Positions 27,064-40,542 of a stretch of DNA of 64,000 nucleotides are shown piece by piece. The stretch comes from Bugula neritina (Eukaryota; Animalia; Bryozoa), in NCBI GenBank assembly GCA_964035545.1, contig OZ037771.1, positions 12,218,480 through 12,282,479 on the forward strand, given 5' to 3'. The position numbers and the translations under genes are program-made. The notes beneath the pieces were generated by a model that saw only the letters and a list, made by a program, of their open reading frames with translations, was not told the DNA's origin and searched no databases. The stretch's first letter is position 1. Each line of letters starts with the position of its first letter.

Positions 27064-30000
27064 CACAGAGAGAAATATTAGTGCAGTGCTTGCACTAAAG
27101 TTGTTCAAAGAGCCTTTTATTGTCGGTATAGCCTGCACCACACCTCTAATAGTTGTTAGACCTGCACTTATTTTGATGAAATTGAAAATTAATCCGATTA
27201 ATGTAAACTGAAAAATATTTTGTAGTAGCTCTGAAACCACTTAGTTGTTAAGTCAACGCTACTTTTCACAAGTATTACGTAATCATCATCCCTAGGTCTG
27301 AATGAAGCTAAACAGTAGTTGATAGGAGCAGAAAGTGAGATCAATGCTACAACTACATATGTTCAAGCAAAATTTTATTTACATAAGAATTATAGAACAA
27401 TCGGCAGTTGTATACCTAACAACATTATTCGTTCACATGTGCACTATTATGATGATCACAAACCTTTATAGGAAGCTAGGATAGAGTTGAGCCCTACATT
27501 TGGGTCATTTCAATTGGTGCTTTCCAGTTAGATGCTATTTATACATTTTAAGTGCAATTTATTTGAATACTATTGAAATATATGTGTATTTAAATAAATT
27601 TGAGTCAATTGCTTTTTATAATTGGCACACAAATAAATTTCTTTGCTCTGCATAAACCTATTATTTTTTGCATTTTCTATATTTTTTGTTTTTTGAAAAA
27701 ATATTATTATTAATGCATTTAATGCTTTTTTTCCACACAAATTTGGAAAAATTTAAATATTATTGCAAATATATCATATTGTTGGTTATTTTATGTTTAG
27801 CAATTGATATGAAAGTTATATAAGGGTATATAGGTATATAATACTTAGTACCAAAACAAAAAATACAACCCAACTGGGGAGCATATAAGTGGAATGAAAC
27901 TCCTTCAACCTACTAGCTGTTTATGATTTCGAAATTTTTTTGAAGCCCAGACATTTTCAAACAGGTTGTTACCAGACTACTATTAAACATTGCCCCACTC
28001 CGTTTATCAAAGACTTAAGTTGAATTTATCAACAAAAAATTTCAACTGCACATATCTCTTGCATGGGTAGTTTAGGCTTCACTAGTCAATTTCATTCATG
28101 GAAAGGAAAGCCAACTAATTTAAAATGTGTGTAAAAGAGAAATCAGGGAGATGCACCATTAAACTCCAATGTACTCAGTTATCAGCAAATGTGTTTCAAA
28201 CAAGAAGCTTAAAATTAACAATGAAACAAGCTACTGAATAGTCAATTGTGGATCAGGTGAACCACTTCAAAAGCCTTGTGTAAACTTGTGTAAACTACCT
28301 GGTGGAACAAAAAAAGATGTTGCATAACAAAGCTATAGTAAGGAAATATTTAAATTGTAATTCAAAGGCAAGAAACTGGCTTACCAAGCAGTGACAGAGC
28401 AAAGCAAAGGTTATTACATAACAGCACATAGTTTTCATTCACAGCTATTGACAGAAGAAATATTTTGCCGGCATAGTGAACACCAGAGGCTCAGACTAAG
28501 AGGTTGTGCTTTGAGATTCAGTGAATTTGTGCTTCCACACAACCTCACAACATGGAAAACATTGAATCATTTCATCACATGGGTAAAGATTGCAGCTACC
28601 TCTCAGAGATAGAAGATGAGCACTTTCTTTCAGAGTTAGGAACTGAAGTTGTCATTGCAGCAACAGGTAAGCCCAATCATTTGCTTAACGTTGTCATTTG
28701 ATATTACAATGACAGTATGACTATTGCTGCAGACAGATAATTAAATTTGTGCAACCATAACTTTTAAGAGACCACATTGACTAATGATTCCCAAACTACT
28801 CTATTCCTATATAAATTTGATATGAGTTTTCCTGTAATAATCTATTTTCAAAAAATTTAGCGTTTTATTTCCGCTTCACCTTCTAGCAATTTGTGCTAAA
28901 TTCATTAATTTGAATTCCGTTCCTCATTGTAAAAGTATTGTTAATAATGCAGTTTAGCAGCCTACAAGTAGTTATTAGCCTTAATCAGCTGCCAAGCTAG
29001 CTTCTTGTTTTATAGCTAAGTACCAAAATGCCAATATCAGTGTTGAGTTGGCAAAGTTGACAAAATTTTTCATTAACTTCCGTGCCACCAGTATATTCTT
29101 TTATTTATCTTTGCACGGCACAATTAAATATAAAAACATGTTTAAGTAGCAATATTTTTCTTGGTAGTACTTTATTTGTTTTTTAATTTATAGACATACT
29201 GAAACTTATCAATATCTGTTATCTCGATATGAGGCGTCCATATAAAAGGCTGACTCCAGCTTAAATTGTGATTCACTGACATTTTGAGATAATTTTAATG
29301 CAGAGAAGCTTCTATTAACTAAACTAATTATGCCCAACAGCTCTTGCATTTGTAATTAAGAAAGAAGTAAAATAAAATGATGGCAAAAATTGTTAGTAAA
29401 TTTTGATAAGCTCAAACTAACCCAAACACTACGCAACATAATGATCATAAGTTTGCCAAAGCCTGTATGGTTATTCAGAATCAAACGATTGGTACGATGG
29501 TGCTGAAAATATGCTGAAAGATTCGTAGCTAACATCATTGATACTATTAGTTTTGGCCTTACACTTCAGCTTCTTCAAAGTTGAACTTAATTTATTTACG
29601 CTGCTTGTGATTGTATATCTTAACCAAATGTTTACTGTTTATACTAATACAGTTTAAATATTACCCAACTTTTATCTTTTGTTGTAGATCCCATAACATT
29701 TTTTAAGACCATGCACTCAAAGATGCTGAATAGGAGCACACACAAAAAATTTGACCGCTACAAAACTTTGAATCATGCTGAGACCTTCAGCCTGCAAGCA
29801 GGCGCACTCACCACAACAATACAAGCGTCACTGGGTGCTCTACACTACACCTTACCCACTTCTCAAGAACCCAGCTGCTCTTTTTATACTACTTCTTCGG
29901 GCTTCCCTGGCCACTCAACTCCTCTTGAAGTACTACCACACTTTACTAACTGCTGGAATTAGTTATAAAACTTCCCCCTCCCCCCTCCCGTACTTGGGTT

Positions 30001-30704
30001 ACTATCACGGACCTCGGACTTGCACACAGGTGTGCTAACCATTACACACCACAACTGCTTGGTTATCACTACACTACAGAGCAAGAATGTAATGACACAC
30101 ACTATGGTCTTAGCAGGTTCTGCTAATATTGAGAAAAGTTAACTGAATTTACAGTCGTAGAAAAATTCTGCAAATGTTTATTTTCATGTTTTTTTTCTTA
30201 TTTTAATCTTTAGAAGTTATTTTTTGTTGTATTTTTTATATTCAACTAGCATATACAATAAAATCCGCATTACTATACTCTCATACTGGTTAGAAGTTAT
30301 GACAAGTTAGTTCAGAGTGATCAGTAATAATTTTTGCAGAAGCTTATTTCCAACAAAAATTAGAGCAGCATGGAACATTTATAAGTTCAGCTTTGAATAT
30401 AACTTAGTTCAGCATTGAGCATATCTAAGATCATCATTGAACAGAAATGAGATCATCATTAAACATATATAATATCACTATTGAGCATAAATAAGATCAC
30501 CATTGAACATAATTTGGCTCATTTTGATAAATACAAAGAATCAACTTCACAACTCTTTATATCAACATTGATCTAACATACTATTCACTGTGAACAGTAC
30601 CTGACACTAATTTCTATTCACTGTGAGTCAATTTAGGGATCCAAAAAACGAGAGGTTTTAGTTGTCAGCTTATGTTCACTCTAACACTAATATTTCTCTC
30701 TGTG
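27064..30704. mobile_element. CACTA/EnSpm (CMC)-type element nested in the right Sola2 TIR
   Basis: Perfect 20-bp TIRs CACAGAGAGAAATATTAGTG and CACTAATATTTCTCTCTGTG; 2-bp TSD TG (27062-63 and 30705-06). Removing the element restores continuity of the host TIR. Confidence 0.85.
30375..30525. repeat. Degenerate tandem repeat of about 29 bp inside the CACTA-type element
   Basis: Units resembling ATAAGATCA(T/C)CATTGAACAT repeated about 5-6 times. Confidence 0.65.
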
Positions 30705-31441
30705 TGTAGTTTTAAATATAAGCCAAAATCGAAAAAATTTGTCAATTTAATCCAAAATTTTTTCATGAAGGAACAATATACAAACGTTTAATTTTTAATA
30801 TAACATAATACATACCAATATCTTTAAAATGAAGCTATTTTTAAAAAAATGCATTTATACCCACATTGAGTTTTCTCTTTAGAAATAGTGCATAATTTCA
30901 AAATTTTAGGATTTTAACACACAATTGTGATGAAATTTATGCCAGTAAAAAGCTGAAAATTTTCTAATGTGATATATATAATATAGTTGTTAGGTTCTAA
31001 AAATATCAGGATTATAGCTGTTTGTAAAAGGTAAGCTTTATTGCCTAAAAATTGACAAAAAATGGCCAAGTTGTTGACCTAAAAACGTAATGCAACAGAA
31101 AGTTTTTCTCAAGACTTATGGCAATTTTTTTGTTTTAAATTTATTGAAGTCATGTAGAACTATCATCCATAAAAGTATGGAAGGTTTGTTTTGAATGGTC
31201 TCCAAGATACAAATCCATGAAGTTGACCTTTGGTGCTGAAACCCATGAAAAAAGTATCAATTTTTTACCAACCTTTGCTCACAAAAAGTGCCATAACTAC
31301 AAAACTATTAGGAACTAACGGCTAATATTTTATATTTTTCAATATACATATTTTTGAATACTATACTAAAATCTCGAAAAAAATCTGAGACGGGTCTGCA
31401 AAAATCCTCAAAAACCTTGTTGAGTTGGCGTGGAATGACCC
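30705..31441 (-). repeat. Right TIR, outer part
   Basis: Reverse complement matches 5785 to about 6517 (e.g. AAGGTCAACTTCATGGATTTGTATCT, CTGTTGCATTACGTTTTTAGGTCAA). Confidence 0.92.
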
Positions 31442-34400
31442 TTATGTAACTTGAAATATGGCATTTCATAAAATTATTTTTTGACGTCCTTTTGAGATAA
31501 AAATCCTCACATTTTTTCTCCTAATGTAGATAATGGCACAATATCAACTTTACCTCAAGTTTATTTTTTCATGTAGAGCTTGTTTACAAGTAAGCTGCTA
31601 ATAATAAGCCTTTCAATCTTGCCAGTTGCATGTATAGAGTATTCGAAACTTTCATTACTATTGATCGTAAATGAACTTTGAAAGCCCAAAACTTTTATTG
31701 TTTGGATTTTATGTAAAAAACTTCTAACTATGAGCCAATTATGCTTGTCAGTATAGGCAACATACCTACTATAATCGCTGCAATACCATTGCTTCGGATG
31801 GATCTACAATGATAGATTTGAGGTTGTGCATGGTTTGCTTAAACTTATGGTTATATAGTTTCAAAACATCAAATGAAAACTAACTTGTACAATGTTTCTT
31901 TTTATAAATATAATGGTAAAATTATGGAAACCCATATAATATACAGTAGCAGCTATACAAAACTGGAGATTTGAGTGTGTACTAAGTTAAGTGAAATACC
32001 CCAAATCCTTATCTCGTATATAGCTACAGTATCTGGTTAAAGCCACACTTCAAAAAAAAAATTTAAAAGGAGAGAATTTTAATTAAAAAATCGCAAACAC
32101 ATCTGTTAAGATTTTTTGATCAAAAATAATTTTTTACTGTTATTATTTTTAACTGATAGTACTAAAAACGTTTTAAATGACAATAATTTTGAAATTAAAA
32201 ATAACTGTACTAAAAATAGCTGCCTAAATATTACCCTAAGTTATATCCACCACATTTTTAGTTGTTGTGACAAGCTCTCAACAGTTTTCTAACAAAGTAT
32301 ACCTTAATAAAAAATCATTACTAATTATTGGCCAAAAGCTCTCTACAACTATAATGCATAGGTATAAGATAACAGATTTATTATATTGCTACACAAACTC
32401 CTTTTTGGGTAGCACTAGTTTTTAATATTTTTTCAAGTTCTATTTTCAAAACTGTTTTTTATTTTTGAATATTGCTACATAGCAATGACAGCTTACGATC
32501 AAAGTTTTCCTTCACTTATATAATATATGAGTTTGATTTTCTGCCCATAATAACAAGCAAATATACTCAAAACAGGGGCTATATAAATAATAAGATACTA
32601 ATAAACCGCTTTTTAATGACAGATATTTGCATCACACAAGCCGGTTAAATATAGGAACTTATAGTTATCAAAGCGGGTTAAGACTATAAAATGTGCTTTA
32701 AGATACATTTTTGACAGTTGGGGATATTCCTATCATATGGCATAAGTTTTTTGTCCCTATACCTTGAAACCTAGTTATCTGCACGCTATAATTTTTTACT
32801 GTATAGTTGTATAATACATACAAGACAGCGATTTAAGGTAATATATTTTACTAGTCAGCATCTATAAATATTTGTGAAAGGGGTTATAAGATCATCATAA
32901 TTCAACATTCAAATTTGTGCATAAGCTAGATTTATGACATCCGTAAAGTAATATAATATCTTCATACTTCTATTAAAATGATATGCACCTCGTAACGCAA
33001 TTATCCGTATTTTGTTTAGGCAATTCTAATGAAATTATGCAGTATATATTTTCCTAGAATGTTGTTTAGAGACATAAAAAAACTGCCTATGCACAACATA
33101 CTTTGCATCTGTTTAGTATCTCGTAATTAGACATAAAAAAATCAAAGCCAATTATAAGGCAAAAGACCATAATACTGTACTATCATTGGATAGTTCTTCA
33201 TCAATAAACAGGTAGTCGCCAGTGGTGGATATGAACCCCTCCTAGATGTTTCTCGTACTTCTTCCTCAAAAAACATTTTCATTAAGCCAAAAAGAAATAA
33301 CAATACACCTTTTTAGTTGACACTTTTTAATTTCTGACTGATATTTCACCTTATTTCCAATTATAATTAACTTTTAACCGGCACTTTTCTTTGTAGTAAT
33401 TCCTACCCTTTAGACTGTGTACTTTGAAATGAGTCTGTTTTACTCGTTACATAAAGTATAGTTGCACTGGCTACAGGTTGACACAAAAACAAGCCTATCT
33501 TGATAAAATCATGCGCAAATGTAGAAACTATCGAGGAGTTTGTTCCTCATAATTAGAAATTGACAAATTATTTTTAATCCGTTTAAAAGCATCTGGTTAG
33601 GGAAGCATATGCCGTGTTCAATTTGTTATTCTAGCATTAAAAATAACAGAATGCAATAATTATAAGTTTATGAAAGTAATTTGTTTTCTTTCTAATTACA
33701 AATATAATATTTTAGTATATATTGTAAATTTATAAGGCTTGCATTAGGAATAACGCAGCTAAAACATCATTTTCCTTAAAGTCTTAAAAATATATAAGTA
33801 TAAAATAATACACTATGCCAATAAACTTATTAAAGTACCAAGCAAGCTTAGCTAGTTTAAGAAAAATTACACTAGGTAAATTACCATTATTTATAGAATG
33901 CTGGCTGATATTAGCTTTTGATGTAATTGAAGTAAATCATTATTTATCTTTCTAGCTAAGGATTTCTTGCAGTAAGTTTTGCTTTTATGCAGGGAGAAAT
34001 GTCGGAACAAACGAGTTAAATTTTTATAGCACATAAAAATGTAATCTATAAGTCGAAGTTATTTAAACTTAGCCATTAACTCATTTTAATTATAAATGTC
34101 TTGCAATGTCGCCTAAATCTAATACAATACAAAATATATACCAGTATATATAATATATTTTTACCATGCTGTTAATTACAGTATTTGTAAAACAAATTTT
34201 ATGCTCATTAATTAAATGCAACAAATATTTATAAAATACTAATAATGTTGAATAAATAAATTCAATAATTCCTTTTCTATTTAAATAGCTGCATAATTTC
34301 TTGCAAGGTTGTATAAAGGAGTTGTAGCCCACAACTTATTATGTGTTCAATTGCCACATATGTCTTAGGAAGAAGAAAACTCCACAAAAATTCTTAGTTT

Positions 34401-37400
34401 GAAAATTCTAGTATAATTAGAATCACTTAATATATGTCTTTGAAATGCATTTTGCCACTCTGCAAAGTTGCAGGAACAAATATTGCATGAAGTAATAAAT
34501 GATTTATGAAGTAATTAACAAACCAATGTAAAAACTGTTGTTGTATATAGAACACAACATATTGATTTTCTTCAATCTCCACATCAAATCTATATATTCA
34601 ATTATATCTAACCAATGCTAACAAACTAAACATGCATGCATACAAATATTTGCATCATATGCAAGTAATATTAGCTAATTAGCAACTATAGCATTTTTTC
34701 ATTATCTTTATTGCTTGCATATGTCTAAGTATTATTAAAATAAGGTTTTTATTTGCAACTTTGCACCACAAATTACATAAAATCTAAAAACTTGAGTTGT
34801 GACATAGGGCTACCTATACACAAATAGACCTTCATAAAACTCTCAATGATTTTATTCAACTCATGTATGCAAAAGTTTTGCTTTAAAACAATTCTTTTAA
34901 ATCACCCTAGAGCAGGAAATTATTACAAAAACAGCTTCTCATATATAATCTTTCGCCAGATTAATTTTTTTTCCTGTATTTAAACTAACTTAGCAAGTGG
35001 AGATTGTGATATCACTCAGGTAATCACATATATATTATTCATAGCTGTAATACTTTAGCAATGAATAGATCATGTTTAATTTCCACTCTACCTAGCAGTT
35101 TTTCAGAATTATAGAGCTATGTATATCGTGAAAATGAAATTGTTATTTATAGCTAGACAAATTAACTTAAAAAGCTTACAATAATTAGATGATATTTGCA
35201 TTCTTTTGAAGGTTATGGTGAAGCTACTGCAAAACTGGCCATTAGTTTAGCAGTACAATTTAGACCAGCTTATTATTTAGATTGCCACAAAAATATGACA
35301 TAAAATATGTCTTTAATCATTATTTTGATATTCACTGGTTGAAGATATTTTTTATATCAAAATATGTAAATATTGTACATAAATCTTAAAAATTAACTAG
35401 GTGAATAAGGAAAACTGCTAATTTTATGAAACTGTTATGTTAATAAAAACAATGGCTATCAACAAGTCCCACCAGACCACAAACTAATTGTAAATACTAA
35501 AGCAATTACATAGTGCTATGTGTTGATCTAGCCTAGTCAATACACCACAAAGATGTATTATGACATACCACATTTTATGTACTGGGTTACCACTTATTCT
35601 AATGGGTATTTGTTTAAACTGTTATATACAGCTTTTTGCACTACCAATATACAAGCCAGTTGTTATTCTGTCACTTTTTATCTACAACTCTTTTTAATGC
35701 CAGTTACTTGTTAGCTTTAGTACAAACAGCTAAACATTCTACTCTACAGCCAATTTTACTGTTAACTCTTGTTTAACAATATTACAAGAATCTAAAAATT
35801 TGAGTGTGTTTTAATTATAATATTCTATCATTATAACTTTTAAATGAAACAATAATATGATAAATGCATTATAACTTTCTGAAAAGTTTGTTTGCAAAGT
35901 ATATGTTTTTGGAAAATAGTTTTACAACATTTGCTAGGAGCATTATATTTATTCCTATCTAAAATAATTTTGTTTGAACTGATATGTTTGTAATCATGTA
36001 ATCAGAAGTAAAGCATCAGTAAAATGAGTATAAGTAGAAGCTTGACAGCTACATTAGGCATTGCTACATAGTACATAAATATATGGCCGTATTAACTACT
36101 TAGCTGCATTCACAGATAAATGCATGGCTGGCAATTACAATACCATGAATACATTATTTATTTAGCTGGGTAACTATACAATTATGCCAAAGTGAAAAGC
36201 CTTTGGTTATTAATGCCTGAAATGTCTAACAATCTACTTGGGAGACCACCTTGTTGTTACAGAGTGAATGAGTTATTTGTTTGGCATTTGGATGATGGCA
36301 CAAAGAAAGGCTATTTGGTTTGTTACTTGAGACTAGTAGCAAACTGCTACAGTCATAGCATCTTAGAAGATTTTGAATCACTTGCTAGAATTGTACATTA
36401 TTTTAATGTAGCTATTGAAATTAATATCTCACTGAAAACACAGCATTGCAAAATCTTAAGCTGTACATAATTATATTATGCATCAAAAAGTACTTCTGCT
36501 ATTGGACTATCCCAGGTTTATTTTAAACTAGCACTGCCAAAGTGCCTTGACTTTATTACAGTGTTTACTAGCTAATTTTGTTCTTCTCAATAGTGAAATA
36601 GATCTATTGCAAGAAATTAATGACTAGATATAACAATAATGATTTTTAGGCAAGACTTTCGCATCTATATTGCTCATCTGCTAGCTTGAAATACCCCTCT
36701 CCTTGGACTAATCTCAGGCTTTTCATTGTTGTTTAAACAGTTTTTAAACTCCTATTTCCATAAATCATTACCAACACTGCCTGCATGTATTAATATTCAT
36801 TAGTGCCATCAATGCACTGTGGAGACAGCACCTGATGTTCTGTATATTACATTATAGTACAGAGATACTAAATCCAAAACATCTAAAATAATTGATGCTT
36901 CTACCAGATTTTTAGCACACCTATAATATGTATTCCTGTAGTAAATATTAATAAGATGTTTTAACTGATAGTTTTTATGCCATTATAATAGTTTGATACT
37001 ATAACTACAACTTGAAACTCTTTAACCAGCACATTGGTTAGTAATATTGCTTCTTGATATTTAATTGCTGGTTCACAAACTATCAATAATAGGGATGCAT
37101 ATCAAAACTTGACTGCATTCATAATATGATTTTAATGCTAGGTAATGACTAAGCATGTCTGGCTGATATGAGGTGACTATTTTGTACACTGTTTAACAAC
37201 ATCAGCTTTTTGGGTTCATTTAAAGCATCTGCAAATCTGTATTATACATAATTACTGTTAGGGCCAATTATTTAAATTGTTAACCCTGAAATGCTTTTTA
37301 CACTGTAATACTAAGTAGTAAAAGACATGTATATATATATAAACTGATTGTAATTTATACATAACATTGTAAATTTAAAAAAAAATCACAAAATACATAA

Positions 37401-37914
37401 TTTATTAGCTAAATTTCAAGGCGTTTGGTAGGTAGTGGGTTATTGTCAATAAAGTAGAATCCGGGAAGTTGAGTAGCTTTATTCAAGAGGAAGGCTCTCC
37501 AACAGTTCTACCAAAGCCTAAATAACATGTATAAAATAAAGGTTATATGCACAATTTTTTTCAAAACAGCCTGCAACTGTTTTGCTATTGCATATGCCCT
37601 ATGCCATTCATCAAGTAGAACAATTTTAACCAGGATATCTAGAAAAGTTGACACAAGGGCTTTATAAACTATGTAAAAGTAAAACTGTGAGTAGAAATTA
37701 ATTGACACTAATGAATAATGCTTTAGGTGCTGGCAACAACCATAAAAGAAAAGTTATATAACAAACAAATAGAAAAAGCACTAAACAAATCAACAGCATT
37801 ATATACAATTGGGGCACATACATGAAAACAGCAGCTAGTGTCATTTTCTTAAGACAGCACTATTTTAGGTGTAAATTTAAGAAGTATTAGAAAATGCAGA
37901 AATTTACTGCAATT

Positions 37915-38310
37915 GGTTCATTTTATTTAAGTTAGTACATACTGAAGATCTCAAGTTTTTGCTAATGAACATGAGTTTTGGCCCGAAACTAAAAAAATAT
38001 CAATAAATACACCTAAATAGTCAAGGCTCTTTTTAATTTTCTTTGATTTCCTATGCTTTTTTCTAATTACAGCAACTTCTGACTGGGGATCGCCATGGTT
38101 AGTTTGTAACAGTAGGCAATCCAAATGAAATGAATAAATAGGAAAAAACATGAGAAATCATGCAAAATTAAGAAGAACCTTGATTATTTAGGTGTATTTC
38201 TTGATGTCTCACTAATTTTAAGCAAAAAGCATTGTTCATTAGCAGCTAAATTGTAAAAATGGCTAAAAACTGCAGATTTCCAGTGTGTACTAAATTAAAT
38301 AAAAGGACTC
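37915..38310. mobile_element. Palindromic MITE of about 400 bp; partial copy at about 61796-61942
   Basis: Long imperfect inverted arms (AATACACCTAAATA / TATTTAGGTGTATT; GCTAATGAACA / TGTTCATTAGC); flanks AATT and AATC. Confidence 0.75.
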
Positions 38311-38511
38311 AATCACCTTTGCAACATAATTCAATAATTGCATGGTCAAGCAGAATAAACTACAATTAACAGCAACAACAGTGTAATAGTTGCGTAGAAA
38401 AGTTGTACTGCAAAAAACTAAAAGAATGCAAAATCTATAAATGTGTGCTACCAAGTAAATGCTGAACAGACATCATGAAATAGTGTACGAAATACAAACT
38501 ATTAAACTTAC

Positions 38512-38721
38512 CTGTTGATCTAATGCAGCCAAAACCTTAAGCTTAGAGTAGTGGAATGGTGCTGTTCGATGTTGATATGCTACAAGTAGCTAAGATGACT
38601 CAAATTCTTGCCTTTAGGAGTAAGAGGCCTCAGCTCAGTTTCAAAAAAACTTCCAATAATCTCAACGGATGCGCTCAATTAGGAGCCACAACAAAGCACA
38701 CCCATGTCATTTTAGTAAACT
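38512..38721 (-). pseudogene. Exon-like relic with stops
   Basis: ttttag|...CAACAG|gtaagt boundaries and GC-richer composition, but no frame is open. Confidence 0.35.
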
Positions 38722-39771
38722 CTAAAAAATGAACGGAAATAAAACTGTTAGAGAGTAAACAGAGAAACATATAGTGATGGGGGAAAAACCTGTAAGCAAA
38801 GGTTATATACACTCATAGTCAAAACACGAAGAAAAAAATAATGAATAACAAGCTATTCAAGATGACACAAGAAACCAAACAAATTTCTTTGACTAAAAAA
38901 TATAATTAAATACTATATTACTTGGCAAAAAATATTTGTTTTGAACAACGTATTATTGGGAAGAATTGCAAGTGTCTTAAATTTTGAGATTAAAGTTTCT
39001 GCCTTATAGCGGAAATAGAGAGGCAATCAATAGTGTACAAAACATGTTTTCAGTCATTGGCTGTTGACTAAATTGACAAAGGTAAAGAAAGCTTCCATAT
39101 CATTATTTATTTTGTTCTCAAGTGTGTGGTTACAGTTTCATGAGTCAGAAATATAATTATTTGAGATATGAAATCAAATGTAGTCAAAAGAGTGTCATAC
39201 AATTTAAAATGTAGTAATAGAGCTTTGACAATAATTTCTTCTGCTAAGTAAAACAGGTACCATTATGTGCTACTTATCTTTTAGAGATGAACATCAAGGA
39301 TGTTGCAAACAAAATAGTTGTAAATTACAGCAAATACCTTTCTACTTACCTAACCAGAGAAAATAAGTTTTCAACCTTGCATGCACTCAGCTGGTTTTCA
39401 ATGTTTGGATCAGTGACATCTTTATAACTGATAGCAGCAATATGTGATAGCTTTAGGAATTGTTACCTTAAATCTAAATTATATAGAACAAGAAGTGCAA
39501 AAATATGGCATTAGTACTCATTGCACAATACACACTTGCTAGAGTAGCTAATCTAGCATCACATTAATTTAAGAAAGACAAAATTTTATTACTGTTCACA
39601 AATGATGAATATTAAAATTTGAATAATTAGACAAATTAACAATGATATTGATGTTAGTTCAAACATTACTAATGGTAAACACCAAAATACTAATAGGATT
39701 AGTCATGTTAACATCAATTAGAAAAGTAAAGATAATTTGAAAATGAGACAGTTTATAGGTCTAACTCTTAA

Positions 39772-39937
39772 TCACTGCGTTTCCATTATCGCATTATGCG
39801 AATGGATTTTTTCATTCGGCTAATGGAAACAGTTACATCGAATGAAACCGCAACTATAAGTTAATGCAAACCACAAACCACAAATAATCCGTACGGGGCA
39901 TTCATTCGCATTATGCGCAGTCATGGAAACGCAGTGA
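39772..39937. mobile_element. PIF/Harbinger-like MITE
   Basis: TIR TCACTGCGTTTCCAT / ATGGAAACGCAGTGA; flanks TAA and TAG; internal CGCATTATGCG motifs. Confidence 0.7.
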
Positions 39938-40542
39938 TAGTTGACAAGCAATTACAGGGCAGTCATATTGATGTAGGCTACCCTCAAAATGTAGCACTTT
40001 GAAAATATTAAAAAGACAGCACATATAAGAACATAATCTTAAAAATAGGCATATGTGACACCTATATTTTGATTAACAAAGAAATCTTCTTTACTTTATT
40101 AATCTAGCTCATATAATGGTATTCTGTCTTAGTATGTTATTTTAATACTCGAAATCTAATCAGCTACAGAAAAGTACTTCAATTCAAAGGCCTTCATAAT
40201 TATTCTTTAGTTTGCTATTTAAATAGACAGTAAGGTTGATGAATAAAATAAAAGTTAGTAAAGTAAAAACTAAATAAATTGAGAATAATATCTCCACTCT
40301 AAGGTTATAATCCTTATAAATTAACATTTTAATACTCCTGTTATCCTTAGGTATAGTTGTTAGCAATTTAACTATGAGCTCGAAGCCAAATGTCAGTATC
40401 AGCATCCCCATTACATTGACTAAGACTGACTTTATAACCCTCAAGCTGTGGCACTCAATTTCTATAAGTAGTAACTAATAACAAATATAAAATTATTTAT
40501 TTGCTACTGATAGTGATAATAATAATAATTAAAAATAATAAT

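Larger units (their letters stand above)
5785..31441 (+). mobile_element. Giant (25,657 bp) Sola2-like DNA transposon structure with host-like interior
   Basis: The terminal 27 bp are perfectly inverted (GGGTCATTCCACGCCAACTCAACAAGG); TTAT flanks both ends (5781-5784 and 31442-31445); TIRs of about 960 bp; Sola2-type transposase relic next to the right TIR. Confidence 0.82.

Noticed and set aside
30375-30525. CRISPR-like periodic array
   Set aside because: It is a degenerate head-to-tail repeat without unique spacers, in eukaryotic DNA with no cas genes.
32026-33180. Tc1-like element bounded by TACAGTAT...ATACTGTA
   Set aside because: The inverted match does not extend beyond about 8 bp.
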